Below are positions 37,480 to 51,890 of a stretch of DNA of 64,000 nucleotides, piece after piece. The first letter of the stretch is position 1, and every line of letters starts with the position of its first letter. The position numbers were made by a program, and so were the translations under genes. The notes under the pieces were generated by a model. It made no database searches and was not told the origin of the DNA. It saw nothing but the letters and a program-made list of their open reading frames with translations. This DNA comes from Octopus sinensis (lineage: Eukaryota): assembly GCF_006345805.1 (NCBI RefSeq), contig NC_043022.1, positions 24,614,001 to 24,678,000 of the forward strand, read 5' to 3'.

Positions 37480-37770
37480 TCGTGGTGTTTCTCTGTATTT
37501 TAAAGAACAAAGAGACGGAGAGAATTTCAGGTATCAGATAGCAAAACAGTACAAAGGAATGAAAGAATAAAAGAACAAGAGGTCACCAAAATTATCTATA
37601 TCGATGAGTGGCTTGTGAGAAACAGCTGGAGATGGTGGTTTGGACATGTTCTACATAGCCAGTGAGATAGAATATTATGGAAGACAGCACACCGATATCC
37701 AGGAGCTAAAAGAAGGGAAAGATCAAGATCAACATAGCTGGTCAAAGAGATGGATGACACGAATACCTGG
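37480..37770 (+). mobile_element. Degenerate RTE-clade LINE fragment (post-RT C-terminal region)
   Basis: Translates WRWWFGHVLH..DRILWKTA..YPGAKRRERSRST, resembling the RTE LRWFGHV..R..KR.RGRPR.TW motif. Stop codons are present. Confidence 0.65.
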
Positions 37771-38380
37771 CATCAGAGTGTGTGTATTTTAATGTCTAGA
37801 ATAACTATACCATAATGCCAAACAGAGAGAAACCAGGAAGTAAAAAAATATATATTCTACTATGACCTAAGAACTGCTCAATTACAAACTAACAAGGTAA
37901 CCGTTATTTATTTGCTTTATATGCTAGTTATAACAGCCAAAATTTGCCTCAAACTGCAGCATCTAATCTTAAACAAAATGGGAGAATAAGGATGGAACAT
38001 TATTTATCAATGACACGACCACATTGGTACAACAATGCACTTTGATACTCTTTTCACACTTGCCACAACAAACCAATAAGGGATCTTTTAACGGTTGCTT
38101 GACCTGCTAGAAACAGAAGCAAAATCTCTCTCAAATCACACCTTGAAAAGATGAAGGACACATTAATCATGTAGTTCCAGGTGTTCTGTGTATAAAAAAA
38201 TAAAAGACATGATGGTCAGTGTAGGAACGTTTTCGATCACAGGCCTACAGGATTAGGACTGACAATGCTTTGGTCATCATTATATAAAGAGCCAATCAGA
38301 CACAGACATGCATTGAGCTGGTGTTAAGAGAGGTATGATTGGAGGAAGAAGACACAGGCAGTAAATAACTAAATACTCAC

Positions 38381-38457
38381 ACTCTATGGGTGCTATACAT
38401 TAACTGCAAGGCAGAAATCCTTCTGCTGTCATAGTGAAAGTAATAGTAGTACGAAAG
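38381..38457 (-). other. Candidate 77-nt exon
   Basis: Acceptor gcatgctttcag and strong donor |gtgagt. Phase 0 is open (LSYYYYFHYDSRRISALQLMYSTHR); phase 1 gives xFVLLLLSL*. Confidence 0.25.
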
Positions 38458-38851
38458 CTGAAAGCATGCACAAGCCTCTCTCTGTGTGTTTCCTATTAGA
38501 GGTGGACACTGCAACATTTCCTTCAAACTGTTTAAACACTTCTGCATGCAAGGACAGGTGTGTGTATGACAGAGTACAGATGAATGCTGTGTGAGTGCAC
38601 ACGAGAATGCAGGGCGCATGTGTATCTGCCTGATGATAGTTTGTCTGTCTATGAAAGTACAGAGGAGTGGTATGTGCGTACGTGTGAAAGAACAGGTGTA
38701 TGTATTCAGGCATGTATGAGAGAATAGATGATTGCATGTGTGAGTCTGTGGCAGTACAGCAGTGTATATATGTGTATGTATATGTGTATATATGTGTATG
38801 TATGAAACAGTGTACATGGAAGTAGTTGTTGAGTATTGGTGTGTGTGTGTG

Positions 38852-38899
<48 letters not shown>

Positions 38900-39068
38900 A
38901 AAGAGAGAGAGATAGTCATCAATCTGAGAGGTCAGTAGTTCATATCCTTTCACTGACGACACCATTATAACCATGGGTCAAGATACTTAACTCATAATAG
39001 TAGAGCCCACCTAGCTTGCTCTAAGTGGCTATTGCTAAACATAACTAGGCTCAGTGCTACATTCAACA

Positions 39069-39125
<57 letters not shown>

Positions 39126-40158
39126 CACACACACACACATATAAATATATACATATGGCCACCTTATACATTTTGTATATACACTCACATATCTATGTGT
39201 ACATACACACACACATATACATACACAAGCGAATATATACATTTATGTATTAAATATATATGCATACACATACACGTGTTTGTGTGATTTATTTTCTTCG
39301 AGACCTATGAATTTCGATAGTCAATTACAAGAGAGACTTAAGAAATTCTACAGATTAAAAGTAAAGCCTGCAGTCACATCTCTCACCTCACTACATCTCA
39401 TTTATCAGACTGTGTTTAAACTCATGACAACACTCCACAGAACACCTTTAGCAGCAGCCTCTTCCACACAGTAAACACATTAATCTTACACCAATGCTAA
39501 CTACTATCAAACCTGCATCAAATTTCTAAATTTATTGTAATCTTCCAGCAAAGGAGACCTGTATGTATTTCTTTTCGTTCTCCCCTTCTTGCTTTTATGA
39601 TGCTACTTGTTTCAGTCATTTGACTATGGCCATGCTGGAGCACCACCTTGAAGGGTTTCAGTTGAACATATTAACCCCAGAACTGCTAATTACAGGGATG
39701 TAAACACCAGTTGTCAATATCATTCTCTCTTGTAATATACCCACAATGCTCATTACATATAATGTTTATTCCAGATTTGGAAAAGGTGCACCATGTCCCT
39801 ACACATTGTAATTAGTGACTCTCCAACCCATACCAGCATGGAAAAGCAGGCATAACCTTTCCCCTACCACCACCATAAATACATACATATATTTATATAT
39901 GCACAGTTTCATCCAGCCAATAATCCTTAGCCAATTCTACCTGAGTGGCCCCTCTTTGCTGTCAGTTTACTCTAGGCAGCAATCAAATCTTCCTCAAACC
40001 AGCCCCTACCTTCTGATGAAAATCTACAACACATTCTGCAGTGCAGTCTTAGACAGACTAACCCAAAATAAACAGGATGGTCACAATGGAACACTTTTGA
40101 TCATAGGTCTGAACAGCAACAATTCCACCTGAATGCTAGCTATCATGTTTACCTCCTT

Positions 40159-40395
40159 CATCATCATCATCATCATCATCATTTAGCGTCCGCTTTCCAT
40201 GCTAGCATGGGTTGGACAGTTCAACTGGGGTCTGGGAAGCCAGAAAGCTGCACCAGGCCCAGTCTGATCTGGCAATGTTTCTACGGCTGGATGCCCTTCC
40301 TAACGCCAACCACTCCGTGAGTGTAGTGGGTGCTTTTATGTGCCAGACGAGGCTGGCAAACGGCCACGATCAGATGGTGCTTTTTACATGCCATC
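40159..40395 (-). mobile_element. SINE family C
   Basis: Reverse complement of the 23423-23740 core, with an (ATC)n tail on the left. Confidence 0.85.
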
Positions 40396-41272
40396 ATTAA
40401 AATCTGAATACCACCACTGCCACTACACGTTATGAACAACATTACTGCCCCTCCTGCTCTTCTGTATTCTATGATGAAGAAAGAAAACAGAATGATTGCA
40501 GTGTGAGTTCCCTATCTCCAACTTCTCCCTCTTTTACCGATGTTTATATGAATTATGATTTTTCTTACAGTAATTATCAGGGAAAACAAAAGACCCTACC
40601 TACCCAACATCCAACAATGAGTGAAAATTAGTTTCCAGAAGCAGTCTGTATAAACTGAATTAACGATAATGTGCCCATTAGCATCACCAGTTTTATGTCA
40701 TGCAGGTGTGGGTTTGATGGGTCTGCTCTGTGTGGTAGCTGTCTAAATACCAAAGCAGATGTAACTAAGAATTTGTAAAAAACTTTTTTAACTCACAGAT
40801 GGAGGAATGTGGGGGGGGGGGTGTAAAATTTTGAAGAGAAATTGAAAATGGTGTGAGGGAGAGGGAGAGAATATCAGTAGAGTGAAAAATAGGTAGGGAG
40901 AGAGAAAGAGAGGGGCGATGAATCAGAAAAGCAGTAAGAAATAGAGGGACAAAGAAAATGTGGCAAGGAGAAAGAAGTAAAGAGAGAGAGAGAAAGAAAG
41001 AGTGAAATATAGGGAGGGGGAAGTGGAAAAGCAAAAAAAAAAAAAAGCTGACAAAGAGAGAGAAAATTAAAAACAGACAGCAAAAAAAATAAATTCATAA
41101 AATAAAAATTATTGTAAACATTTATTTTATATATAAAAAAAGAATACAAAACTACTGTTGCCATCATCATCATCATCATCATTAAATGATAATATTTATA
41201 TGGAGAGAGAGAGAGAGAGAGAGAGGAAAGGCAACTTTTGAATATGTTAAATAAATTAGCAGAGATAGATAG

Positions 41273-41305
<33 letters not shown>

Positions 41306-41982
41306 TCAACAGAGATTTTCAAAAACAGACCTCTAAATTGATTATGCTTATTGTACAAGTAAATACAAACTATCATCATCATCATCGTTTTCTTCTTTGG
41401 TTTATTCTTCCTGTTCACCGTCCCCCTCCTTCGGAATTTATCCGGCAAACAATATACAATGAACAATTTTACCAATATTGGCCTACAAAAATACAGCGTC
41501 TATTGAATCAATAGACAAAATTCTAGACATTTACCAATCACAAAGACACAAACCTACAATCAAGATATCAAATGGAATATTTCCATTAGCTCTAAAACGA
41601 TTCTTCAAACTCAATAATAACGGCAATCTGTATTCAATAGGAAATATTTGCTCATCATTTTCATCTCATTATAATGTAATTATATATATATATGTATATA
41701 TATATGTGTGTCTATGTATTATATACACATACACACATAGAATCGTTATTTGGCAGTTTTTACCATTATTTTATTATTCTATAGATTTTACTATTTTACA
41801 TAAGGAGACTTCGAAAGCAAAGTCTGGCACAAAATCTAGTCTGCTATCTACATAAAAAGCCCCACACTTCTTCCATTTCCTGTCAATACATTAGTATTTC
41901 ACAGTTCTCCCTCCCTGTCTATACACCAATATTTTAGTTATCCCTTTCTTTTATTTTAGTTCTTCCTTTCTGTATGCACACA

Positions 41983-42021
<39 letters not shown>

Positions 42022-42410
42022 ATACTTTACAGTTCTCCCTGCTTAGACACTAGTATTTTACAATAACCAACAGTATATCATAAGTATTATAAAACCAACA
42101 TTTTCAATAGTCATATCATAAGTATTATAGAACCAACATTTTGAATAGTCATCAAAATATTGTACTTTTTGTGAAGTTCCACTAAGATGAGAGGGTGTGT
42201 GTATGTGTGAAGGCCCATGGCTCAGTGGTTAGAGCATCAGGCTTACAATTGTGAAGTTGTGAGTTTGATTCCTGGACTGGATGAGAAACACAAGAAACCA
42301 TAGTCTAATAGCAATCTTGATATTAGCAATAAAAAGACAGAAACACACACACACACACACACAAAGTTTCCACAAGATTTCAGTTTACCAATTTCACTGC
42401 TGAGGTTTAA

Positions 42411-42610
42411 CGCTTTAGCATTCAGGTTACTCTCTCAAATTTAATGCATATTTCTTCACAATGTTTTGAATTAATTATCTTATAGCTTCAAGATTTTGAT
42501 GTAGTGACTTTATTATTAGAATGCTATCGTGAGAGGCTGGATCTGGTTGGTTTGAACATACAAGAGATAGAAAACTTGGGCCTGATATGACCAGTTTAAA
42601 AGCTAAAGGA
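42411..42610. mobile_element. piggyBac-type MITE family 2 (older)
   Basis: TTAA-cgctttagc...gctaaagga-TTAA. Related copies at ~4067-4250, ~47393-47829 and ~60866-61083. Confidence 0.7.
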
Positions 42611-42759
42611 TTAAAGCTAAAACAGGGGACACCCAAGATTTCACCAAGTGGGACTGAATCTGAAAGTATGAGGTTGCAAACTTCTAAACAGCTATATCTG
42701 CACCTGTCTATGTCTAAATTTACTGAGGGGTCCTTTGCAGTCATCAGAAGCACACTGGA

Positions 42760-43083
42760 GTGACTTCCGTGCTAGTGGCATGTAAAAAGCACCAATCCAA
42801 TCGTGGCCATTGCCAGCCTCGCCTGGCACCTATGCCAGTGGCACGTAAAAAGCACCAATCCGATCGTGGCCATTGCCAGCCTCGCCTGGCACCTATGCAG
42901 GTGGCACGTAAAAAGCACCCACTACACTCATGGAGTGGTTGGCATTAGGAAGGGCATCCAGCTGTAGAAACACTGCCAGATCAGACTGGGGCCTGGTGCA
43001 GCCTTCTGGCTTCCCAGATCCCCAGTCGAACTGTCCAACCCATGCTAGTATGGAGAACGGACGTTAAATAATGATGATGATGA
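42760..43083 (+). mobile_element. SINE family C with internal tandem units
   Basis: gtggca.gtaaaaagcacc three times at ~63-bp spacing, then the V-like core and tail. Confidence 0.87.
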
Positions 43084-43099
43084 ATAATGATCACAGCTG

Positions 43100-43407
43100 T
43101 TACTCCATTGGTTATGACAACAAGGGTTCCAGTTGATCAGATCAACGGAACAGCCAGCTTGTGGAAATAATGTGCAAACTCCACAGACAAATGTACCCTT
43201 AACATAGTTCCCAGGAAGGTTCAGTGTGACGCAGTGTGAGAAGGTTTGCCCCCTCAAATATAGGTTCGACTCATTTTCACCAGCTGTGTGAACTGGAGCA
43301 ACATAAAATCAAGTGTCTTGCTCAAGGACACGATACACTGCCAGGAATGGAACTCATAACCTTACAATCATTAGCCAAATACCCTAACCAGCAAGCCACG
43401 TGCTTTC
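43100..43407 (-). mobile_element. SINE family D
   Basis: Minus-strand tRNA-like head (tggcttgctggttagggt...tgagttccattcc) plus gtccttgagcaagacactt. Homologous to 46441-46741. Confidence 0.8.
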
Positions 43408-43580
43408 AGTAACGATCAGAAGATTAGGTGTTCAAACATTATAATGTTTAATGTCTGAGACTCCAACACGGCAAATTACTCTGGTTTCAAACCGCCAACT
43501 TGAATTAGCTTAATTGCTGTTGCTTGGCCACTACCATCAAAAGCATTTCAACCAAGACAAACCCACCTACCTATAATACC

Positions 43581-43993
43581 TATTTCTTTATTACCCACAA
43601 GGGGCTAAACATAGAGGGGACAAACAAGGACATACATAGGTATTAAGTCAATTATATTGACCCCAGTGCATAACTGGTACTTAATTTATTGACCCCGAAA
43701 GGATGAAAGGCAAAGTCAACCTCGGCGGAATTTGAACTCAGAACGTAACGGCAGACGAAATACCTATTTCTTTACTACCCACAAGGGGCTAAACACAGAA
43801 GGGGCAAACAAGGACAGACATACGGGATTAAGTCGATTATATCGACCCCAGTGCGTAACTGGTACTTAATTTATCGACCCCAAAAGGATGAAAGGCAAAG
43901 TCGACCTCAGTGGAATTTGAACTCAGAATGTAACGGCAGACGAAATACCGCTAAGCATTTCGCCAGGCATGCTAACGTTTCTGCCAGCTCGCC
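43581..43993 (-). mobile_element. SINE family B head-body-body dimer with a 7-bp TSD
   Basis: The ~180-bp body is duplicated, and taatacc flanks the whole unit at 43574-43580 and 43994-44000. Confidence 0.88.
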
Positions 43994-46440
43994 TAATACC
44001 ATCTTGATGTAAAGAACAGTAAATCTATAATTTCATTGTCTTTTTTTTTTTTTTTTAAAGAGATAGTAAAGAGAGATTTGAGAGCAATTTGGTTGCTATT
44101 TCTAGCACCACCGCACTCTGTTGGCTTGGAAACTGCTGAGTTGTTGAGGAAGTGATACATCAAGCAAGACCACATGGGAGGATGACAACTGAGAGACTGA
44201 TATACAAGAAATTTGTGAACTGCATGTAAAATGGGATGTACAAACATGTAAAAATATAAACAAATAAACAGATGATGTTTTAGTTAGGTTTTTTTTTTCC
44301 ACAGAACCCACTGTTCAGCAGATGGGTTCGCCAAAAAGGTCAACCACTCTCATGGCAAGCAACCTTGACACTGATGTGATCATGTGATCTAAAGAGGAAC
44401 ACAGTGTTTCCAGCATTTAATGGGCTGGTTCAGGAAATAGTCAAAATAATAATAATAATAATATTATTAATAAAAAAAAGCTTGAGATTCTCCAAGATAG
44501 ATTCAGTTAAAAATTCTTTAATTATCAAGAGTATAACGAACCAAAACAACATTGATTGAATTAACTGCAAAGAAATGCCAACAGAATTAAATTAATAGTT
44601 TTATTTTTGTTTGTACTTTTTCTTTTTTTTCCTGTTTTTTTTTTCTTTTTCATATTTTTTTTCACCCTTCCCTTCCACTCGAATTCAACACAAAATAATT
44701 ACATTGTTTATTTGTTTGCATATGAGAGAAAATATAAAGAAAATAAAAAATATCGAAACATATGGATGTTATGAAATTAATCAAAATTTACAAACACCAC
44801 GAAATATAAAAAAAAAGATAAATAAATAAAAAGACAAAAATAAAAATCAATACTGCGCTACAAAAAAAAAGTGAAAGAAAAAAAAACTGAAATTAATAAA
44901 TTAGAGAGAGAAAAAAATAATGAATATTCTCTACTGCTTTACTTTCAATAATTTCAACCAAAGTTCTTTTCAACCGATTCTAATTCCAGACACAATTTAA
45001 CCTTGACAAATGAATGGCTTGATATGTGTATATTTCTATCAGAGTGCGGTCTAGAAGTGTTAGCACTAGGCTTCAACAAAAATAGGATTTTCTTACAAAA
45101 GGAGTGGAGAAGAAACAACAGGAAAGGAAATGGTGGAGAGAGAGGAAAAGAAAAATCGAGAGACAGACAGACAGACAGACAGAAAATGTTTCTGCAGTGC
45201 TAGGTAAGGAGACGGGCTGATTTGATAGAATGTCGAAAGCAATTTCAGTCAGCTAAAACAGTGGCCATAGAGGTATTGTAACGGTAGATATCTCTAAATG
45301 AATGCTTCAACCTATTTGTCAGAGTAGGCTTTTAGAAAATCTGATTTGATTAGGTCATAGCAAGCGCATAACCTATTGGTCCAGTATGTTATCAGTAAGT
45401 TCCGAATATGAATGGATCAATTAGACACGAAGTTATCAACTGTGTGCCAACGACATTATCAGTGTATTAACAAGAGACAGCTCATTAGCACCTTTTCTGC
45501 TTAGGGAGGCAGTGAGAGGAGGAGACAAGTGAATGATGGCAGCCATAATAATAATTCTAGCTCTTTCCTCCTCCTCTTCTCCCTCCCCCCCACCTCTCTC
45601 TCTCTCGTTTCTCTAAGACAGAGGAAGAGTCAAGAGCCTGCAAGTTAAATGTCATTTGACTGCATTCTACTGCCATCTGTCAGCCTGTCTCGGAAGTAAA
45701 TCAAAAAGGAGAGGGGACTGAGCGAATCTTTGATGTGAAAACTGTACAGCAAAGCAGCAGCGTAAGACTGCGCTGCTTGTCATCTATGAGTGATGGCAGG
45801 AGTAGAAGAGAGAAACATTTTTACATGTAGCAATAATAAACTGAAATATCTTCTTTTATTATTATTATTTTGTTTTTTTATATATTTACTTGTTCGTTTT
45901 TGTATTGTTTGTTTGCTTTTAAATCTTGTCATGATTGAAATATTTGAAAAACAAAACCCCCTGAAAACACAAAAACAAAAACAAAAAACAAAACAAACAT
46001 GGAACAATGACAAGTTTCTTTAAACAAAGATTTCTAAACATGTTGAAAATATTCAATATTAAAATCATCAGAGAATATGTAGCAATTTTAATAATGGCTT
46101 AGACAAAGTGGCATTTATTGTTGGTTGGGAGAGGGAGAGCGGCTGTGTTAAGTCAATGAACAGGAGTAGACATTAAAATCGCATAGAACCATGTATAAAC
46201 CAGTAAAGTACACACACACACACACACACACACATACCTACATACACGCATGCATAAACCTACTCATTAAACATGCATATACAAACTGAAAGCATTTGTG
46301 CCTTCTAAAAAGTTAATGTGTCTAAGAGAAAGTGTAATTCCAAGACAAATATTTATGTTAAAACAACAAGTTCCTTTCAGGAATGTCTTCAAATAGTGAA
46401 AAGAAATTTAAGCCTTTCATATATATACACACACACACGG

Positions 46441-46741
46441 TCACTCCATTGGTTACGACATGTGTTCCAGTCGATCCGATCAACGGAACAGCCTGCTTGT
46501 GAAAGTAACGTGCAAGTGGCTGAGCGCTCCACAGACATTTGCACCCTTAACGCAGTTCTCAAGGAGATTCAGCCTGACACAGAATCTGACAAGACTCGCC
46601 CCTTTGAAATACAGATACAATTTATTTTTGCTAGCTGAGTGGACTGGAGCAATGTGAAATACAGTGTCTTGCTCAAGGAGATGATGCACCACTGGGAATC
46701 GAACTGACAATCTTATAATTGTGAGCCAACTACAAAACCAC
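46441..46741 (-). mobile_element. SINE family D
   Basis: cactccattggttacgac...gatcaacggaacagcctgc...gtgtcttgctcaagga...gggaatcgaact. Confidence 0.82.
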
Positions 46742-47407
46742 ACACCTTAACACACACACACACACACAGAGTGTATCATTGATTAAAGAGCACAATTATT
46801 AGGATCTCTAAGTGGCCCAGGCTTTAACTAAATATCCTCTAGTTTTTGTTTTCAGCTCCAACACAAGCTTTGAATGTAACACAGCTCATTGTACTATCTT
46901 ATTCTATTTCTGCTACAACTGTCACAGCTCTGCTCCTCAGTACAAGTTAGTTGCACATTATGTCTACCAGCAGACACATGGCATACTCATTCTTTGTTAC
47001 CTACACCCCACACTAAGCACTGCCAATCATTTCTCTCCAGAACATTAACTTTCAAGAATGTCTTTCTTTTCTGTTTGTATGCCCCAGTCTCACCTCCGCC
47101 AAATGTTATCTTACAGATATTCAAACAAAACTTCGACCATTTCAATGTCATCAGTGTGAGGCAGGGAAAAACCTACAATGATTATGGGGCAGTGCCCTTA
47201 TTTCCTGACACTTAAAACAGATAAATAAATCCAAATACCTTCAAAGACAATAATTACCAAGGATGACAAAAAATGGTCCACATGGATGTGATATTAAAGT
47301 ACAAGCCCATAGAATATGAAATGCAGCCTGTGGATTATTCCATCATTGGGCAGGACACTTTATTCAATATTTTACCAAGTCACCCACCTTAACCATTTAG
47401 CTTTTAA

Positions 47408-47627
47408 CTCTTTCGTTACTGTATTTATTTTGAGATGCTCTATGTTTCTTTCAATTACTTTAAATATGACAAAAAATTTAGTAAAATAACTTAGTTATCA
47501 TTAAGCTAGTGTTAGGGACATAAATTGTGACTAAGGTTTAGTGGAAGATTTTAATTCAAAACTTATGAAAACAAGACATTTGTACTCAGAGCCAGAGCCG
47601 GTTTCAGTCGGGTTGGTAACGAAAGGA
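47408..47627. mobile_element. piggyBac-type MITE family 1 nested in a family 2 copy
   Basis: TTAA at 47404-47407 and 47628-47631; the host element continues on both sides. Confidence 0.85.
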
Positions 47628-49246
47628 TTAAACCAACTGTATCCAGCTCAAATATTTTAAGTTCAGACTGACTAGATGCAGCCTTTTACACCTATCCTGC
47701 AAAATCATTCTAAAAATAAACAATCACATCATCAAAATTTTGAAGCAACGAGATAAAGGATGATTGATTAAAAACAATGTAAATAAATAAACATTATATT
47801 TGATAGAGTAATCTGAATGCTGAAGGTTAGCAGGAATATACCAGCAATCATTTTGCAGTGGAAAACTGTTGTATGAGGGCAATATTCTACCCAGAGTGAA
47901 TTTAAATCAGCCACCCACTTAATGATGGAGTTAGAAGTTTTTACAAACCCCAGAATATCTTGAAGAAATTCCCCAATTCTATCTCTCCCCACCCATCAAC
48001 TAAATACTTATTTCTGAAATATTCAGGAGTAATGATAAACTAGCATCTTGTAATTATTTAAGAATTAAATCCAGAAGCCAGAAATAAATGCTGTTTCTAC
48101 GGATCTTTGTTATTCTTACTGCAAGCACATTCATGAGGAACAATAAGCAAACTTTAAAATAAAATGCCCATGCACACACTTGCAGAAACCAAAATGAAGC
48201 ACTATCTCAGGAGATCCTCGTGATTTATAAAAGGATTAACTTTTAAACAGAAGACATTCAAGAGGGATGATAAAATAGCTTCGTTCTAACAATAAATGCA
48301 GATTGCTAGGCTAAAATGTAGGCCACTCTTGAATTCATAGAGAAGGAAAAGAAGACAGAACTGCAAAAATGCTGGAGATAAATTGATATCTGGTGAATGC
48401 CTGCTTGACCAGAGCTAGTATAGATTGGTCTTTGCTTTGGCCAGACCAATATCATGTCTTTTTAGATTTAACCAAACCATGTGTTGTCATCCACTTTCAC
48501 ACACGTACATGAGATTCAAGTGGCATGGCTATCTAATGTAATCAATACCTCACTTAAATGCAGCACACACACACACACACACACACATGAGAGAGAGAGA
48601 TACAGATAGAAATATAGATGTAGACTGATAATTATTTTTGTATTATTGGCAGATGTTTTAATGATCACCGTACAAAGACCACTTCAAACTCTTCTATGAA
48701 ATGAGTGCTTTCACGTGTTGGGTTTTATCCATACAGTATGTGTGTTTGTGCGCATACACACACACACACAAACACACATATATATGCATACATACACATA
48801 CATGTTTGAGTTCACAAATGGGAAAATAAAACAACACATAAAGCAGTGTGTATGTGCATGCATATATGCACACATACACAAACACATACTTCTTTTATGG
48901 TTTCAGTCACTGGACTCTGGCCATACTCGACAACATCCATAGTCAATTACATCAACCTCGGTACTTAGTTTATCTACCTGTATTTGTTTCCCCCACCTCA
49001 GACTATACATATCACACACATACACACACGTGTGTGTGTGTGTGATACTCATAGCTAAATAAACAAATACATAAACAAACTATCTTTAGATCCATATAGT
49101 ACATATAGCTAACAATTTTCTCCCCAGATTTTACACATCTCTCACATTCACAGTCTCCGACACACCCATCATAATATAGCTGGCCTTTAAGCAAATATGT
49201 TCAGAGAACCTACAAGAATCATTTTTTTTTTTCTTAACTCTCACAC

Positions 49247-49317
<71 letters not shown>

Positions 49318-49727
49318 GCTCAAAATGAAGTCTAAGTGCCTAAAAAGCGAAGGAGATAGGGAGGAAAGATAAGCCTAATGTATGTCAATGAAGTCAGAGT
49401 AAACAGGATTCTTCAACATTGTTTTGCTGCTGGTGATAAGAATCAGTAGTAGTAGTAGTAGTAGTAGTAGTAGAAGACAGCATTGTATGAGAAGTATAAA
49501 AGGAAACAGCACTATTAAAACAATAAGCTTGATAAATAACCAGTAAAAAAAAAAGAAGTTTTCCAATCAATAGGTGCAGGTGAGGTTGTGTGGTAAGAAG
49601 TTTACTTCCCAATGACACGATTCCAGGTTCAGTCCAACTGTTTGGCACCTCGGGCAAGTGTCTTGGATTGACCCAAAGCCTTATAAGTGGATTTCGTAAA
49701 TGAAAACTGAAAGAAACACACACACAC

Positions 49728-49771
<44 letters not shown>

Positions 49772-49773
<2 letters not shown>

Positions 49774-49999
49774 TTCTTTACTACCCACAAGGGGCTAAAC
49801 AGAGGGAACCAACAAGGACAGACAGAGGGATTAAGTCGATCACATCGACCCCAGTGCGTAACTGGTACTTAATTTATCGACCCCGAAAGGATGAAAGGCA
49901 AAGTCGACCTCGGCGGAATTTGAACTCCGAACGTAACGGCAGACGAAATACGGCTACGCATTTCGCCCAGCGTGCTAACGTTTATGCCAGCTCGCCGCC
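49772..49999 (-). mobile_element. SINE family B, young copy
   Basis: CpG-intact near-consensus sequence. Confidence 0.9.
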
Positions 50000-50008
50000 C
50001 TCTAAGTG

Positions 50009-50069
<61 letters not shown>

Positions 50070-50445
50070 TTATCCTCTATGTACATTTCTCTGGAATTTT
50101 AATTCGTCTTTTATTATGTCATTGTATGTTTTATTGCCCCCAATTTTTTTTTTTTATTGTAACAAATTTATACTAAATGTTTTACGAGTTTAAGCGTAAA
50201 TTCAAGGTGTTATATATGCAACTTTGATTCTCTTGTATATTTATATATGATATATTTTTATATGATATATTTATATATTACTAAGTTTTTCAATTTTTAA
50301 ACGTCAGGCTTTATATCTGTTCTGTAGATATAAATGAATATATGAATATATGTATGTTTGATCTTTCTGTGGTTTTTGTAATGTTCCTTTAGATGCTGCT
50401 CGCATTGCCTCCCCTCGGATTAAAAAAAGTATATATATATATACA

Positions 50446-50489
<44 letters not shown>

Positions 50490-51421
50490 TTTGTTTTTGC
50501 ATCTGCATTTGTCCCCTGCCGCTGCTTGACAACCAGAATTGGTGTATTGACATCTCCCATAACTTAGCGGCTCAGAAAAAAGACACCAATAGAATAAGTA
50601 CTAAGCTTAAAAAGGTAAGTCCTGAGGTTGATTTCTTTGACTAAAACCCTTCAAGGCAATGCCCCAGCATGGGCACAGTTTAAAGACTGAGACGAGTACA
50701 GAAAAAAAAAAACAACAAAAAAAAACACGTGAGAAGATGGAAGCTTTTGCCAGATTCTGACATTGCAACACCTTGGATGTTAATACGCAGTGTTATTAAG
50801 GGTATTTTTTCTTCTTTCACCCATGTGCGTGTGTGTGTGCATACGAGTACACACACACATGTCATCAATCACTGTTTGCAAGAATTAAAACAAATCACAT
50901 ATTGACCCTGGAGGATGTGCTATTTTATTTATTTAACTGGTTGCTAAGTAACAATACTGTCACTGTAGAGATAACAGCTTATCTTCCTGTCTTAGACTAA
51001 TGAAACAGGTGATCACTTAAGATGTTATTATCAGAGGAAGGTGGACAATAAATGCCAAAGACTTCTAACTGGTGTACACTATTTATTAGCAACAGAGGCA
51101 GTATTAATACCAAGAGTTACTATTTATCTCCACTACAATAGTTACCATGAGAGAAAGTCTCATATTGCTTTTGATGCAAAATGCAGTCTTGGTAGTATTA
51201 TTCTATCAATCACTTTTACTGAACCACTAAGTTATAGGGAGGTAAGTACACCAACACAGACACAAAACACACAGATATATATCTAGCAAATCCACTCACT
51301 AAGCTTTGGTTGGCCTAAGATACTTGATCAAGGTGCCATACAGTGGGACTGAACCCGGAACCATGTGGTTCAGAAGCAAACTTCTTAACACACAGCCATG
51401 CCTGTGCTTATCAATAAATAA

Positions 51422-51459
<38 letters not shown>

Positions 51460-51698
51460 CCGTCGAAACAGGGGCAGCTGAAGAAGGGGAATGTTCCTTG
51501 TATTGTTTGTCTTGTACTCTGTTTTTTCGTTGTTAAAAAAAAAGTCCGTTTCCTTGTTTGATTTTATGTTTTCGTTTCTCGTTGTATTCTACGTTTACTT
51601 GTGGTGTCCTGTACTCATATATGCATGTATATATACATATAGATGTAGGTATGTACATATATGTATGTATATATGCATATGTTTTATTTATCAAATTG

Positions 51699-51736
<38 letters not shown>

Positions 51737-51835
51737 ATATATAAAAGTTCCTACCGTTAATAGTTATATTTACATGCCAAAATCTACCCATAAATAATTG
51801 TTGGTTTTTTAAAAACCATTAAAGCTATTATTTAC

Positions 51836-51890
<55 letters not shown>

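Noticed and set aside
42209-42280. tRNA-like sequence (ggctcagtggttagagca...gagtttgattcc)
   Set aside because: This is the head of SINE family D and has no complete acceptor stem. No true tRNA gene was found in the window.
45755-45778. Short hairpin agcagcg-taagactg-cgctgct
   Set aside because: A 7-bp stem is expected by chance, and no larger structure supports it.
49746-50102. Recurrent peptides such as WYLIYRPRKDERQSRPRRNLNSER and QGFGRPEAIVEDTCPRCHAVGLNPEPCGW that look like a gene family
   Set aside because: They are translations of SINE families B and A, not genes.
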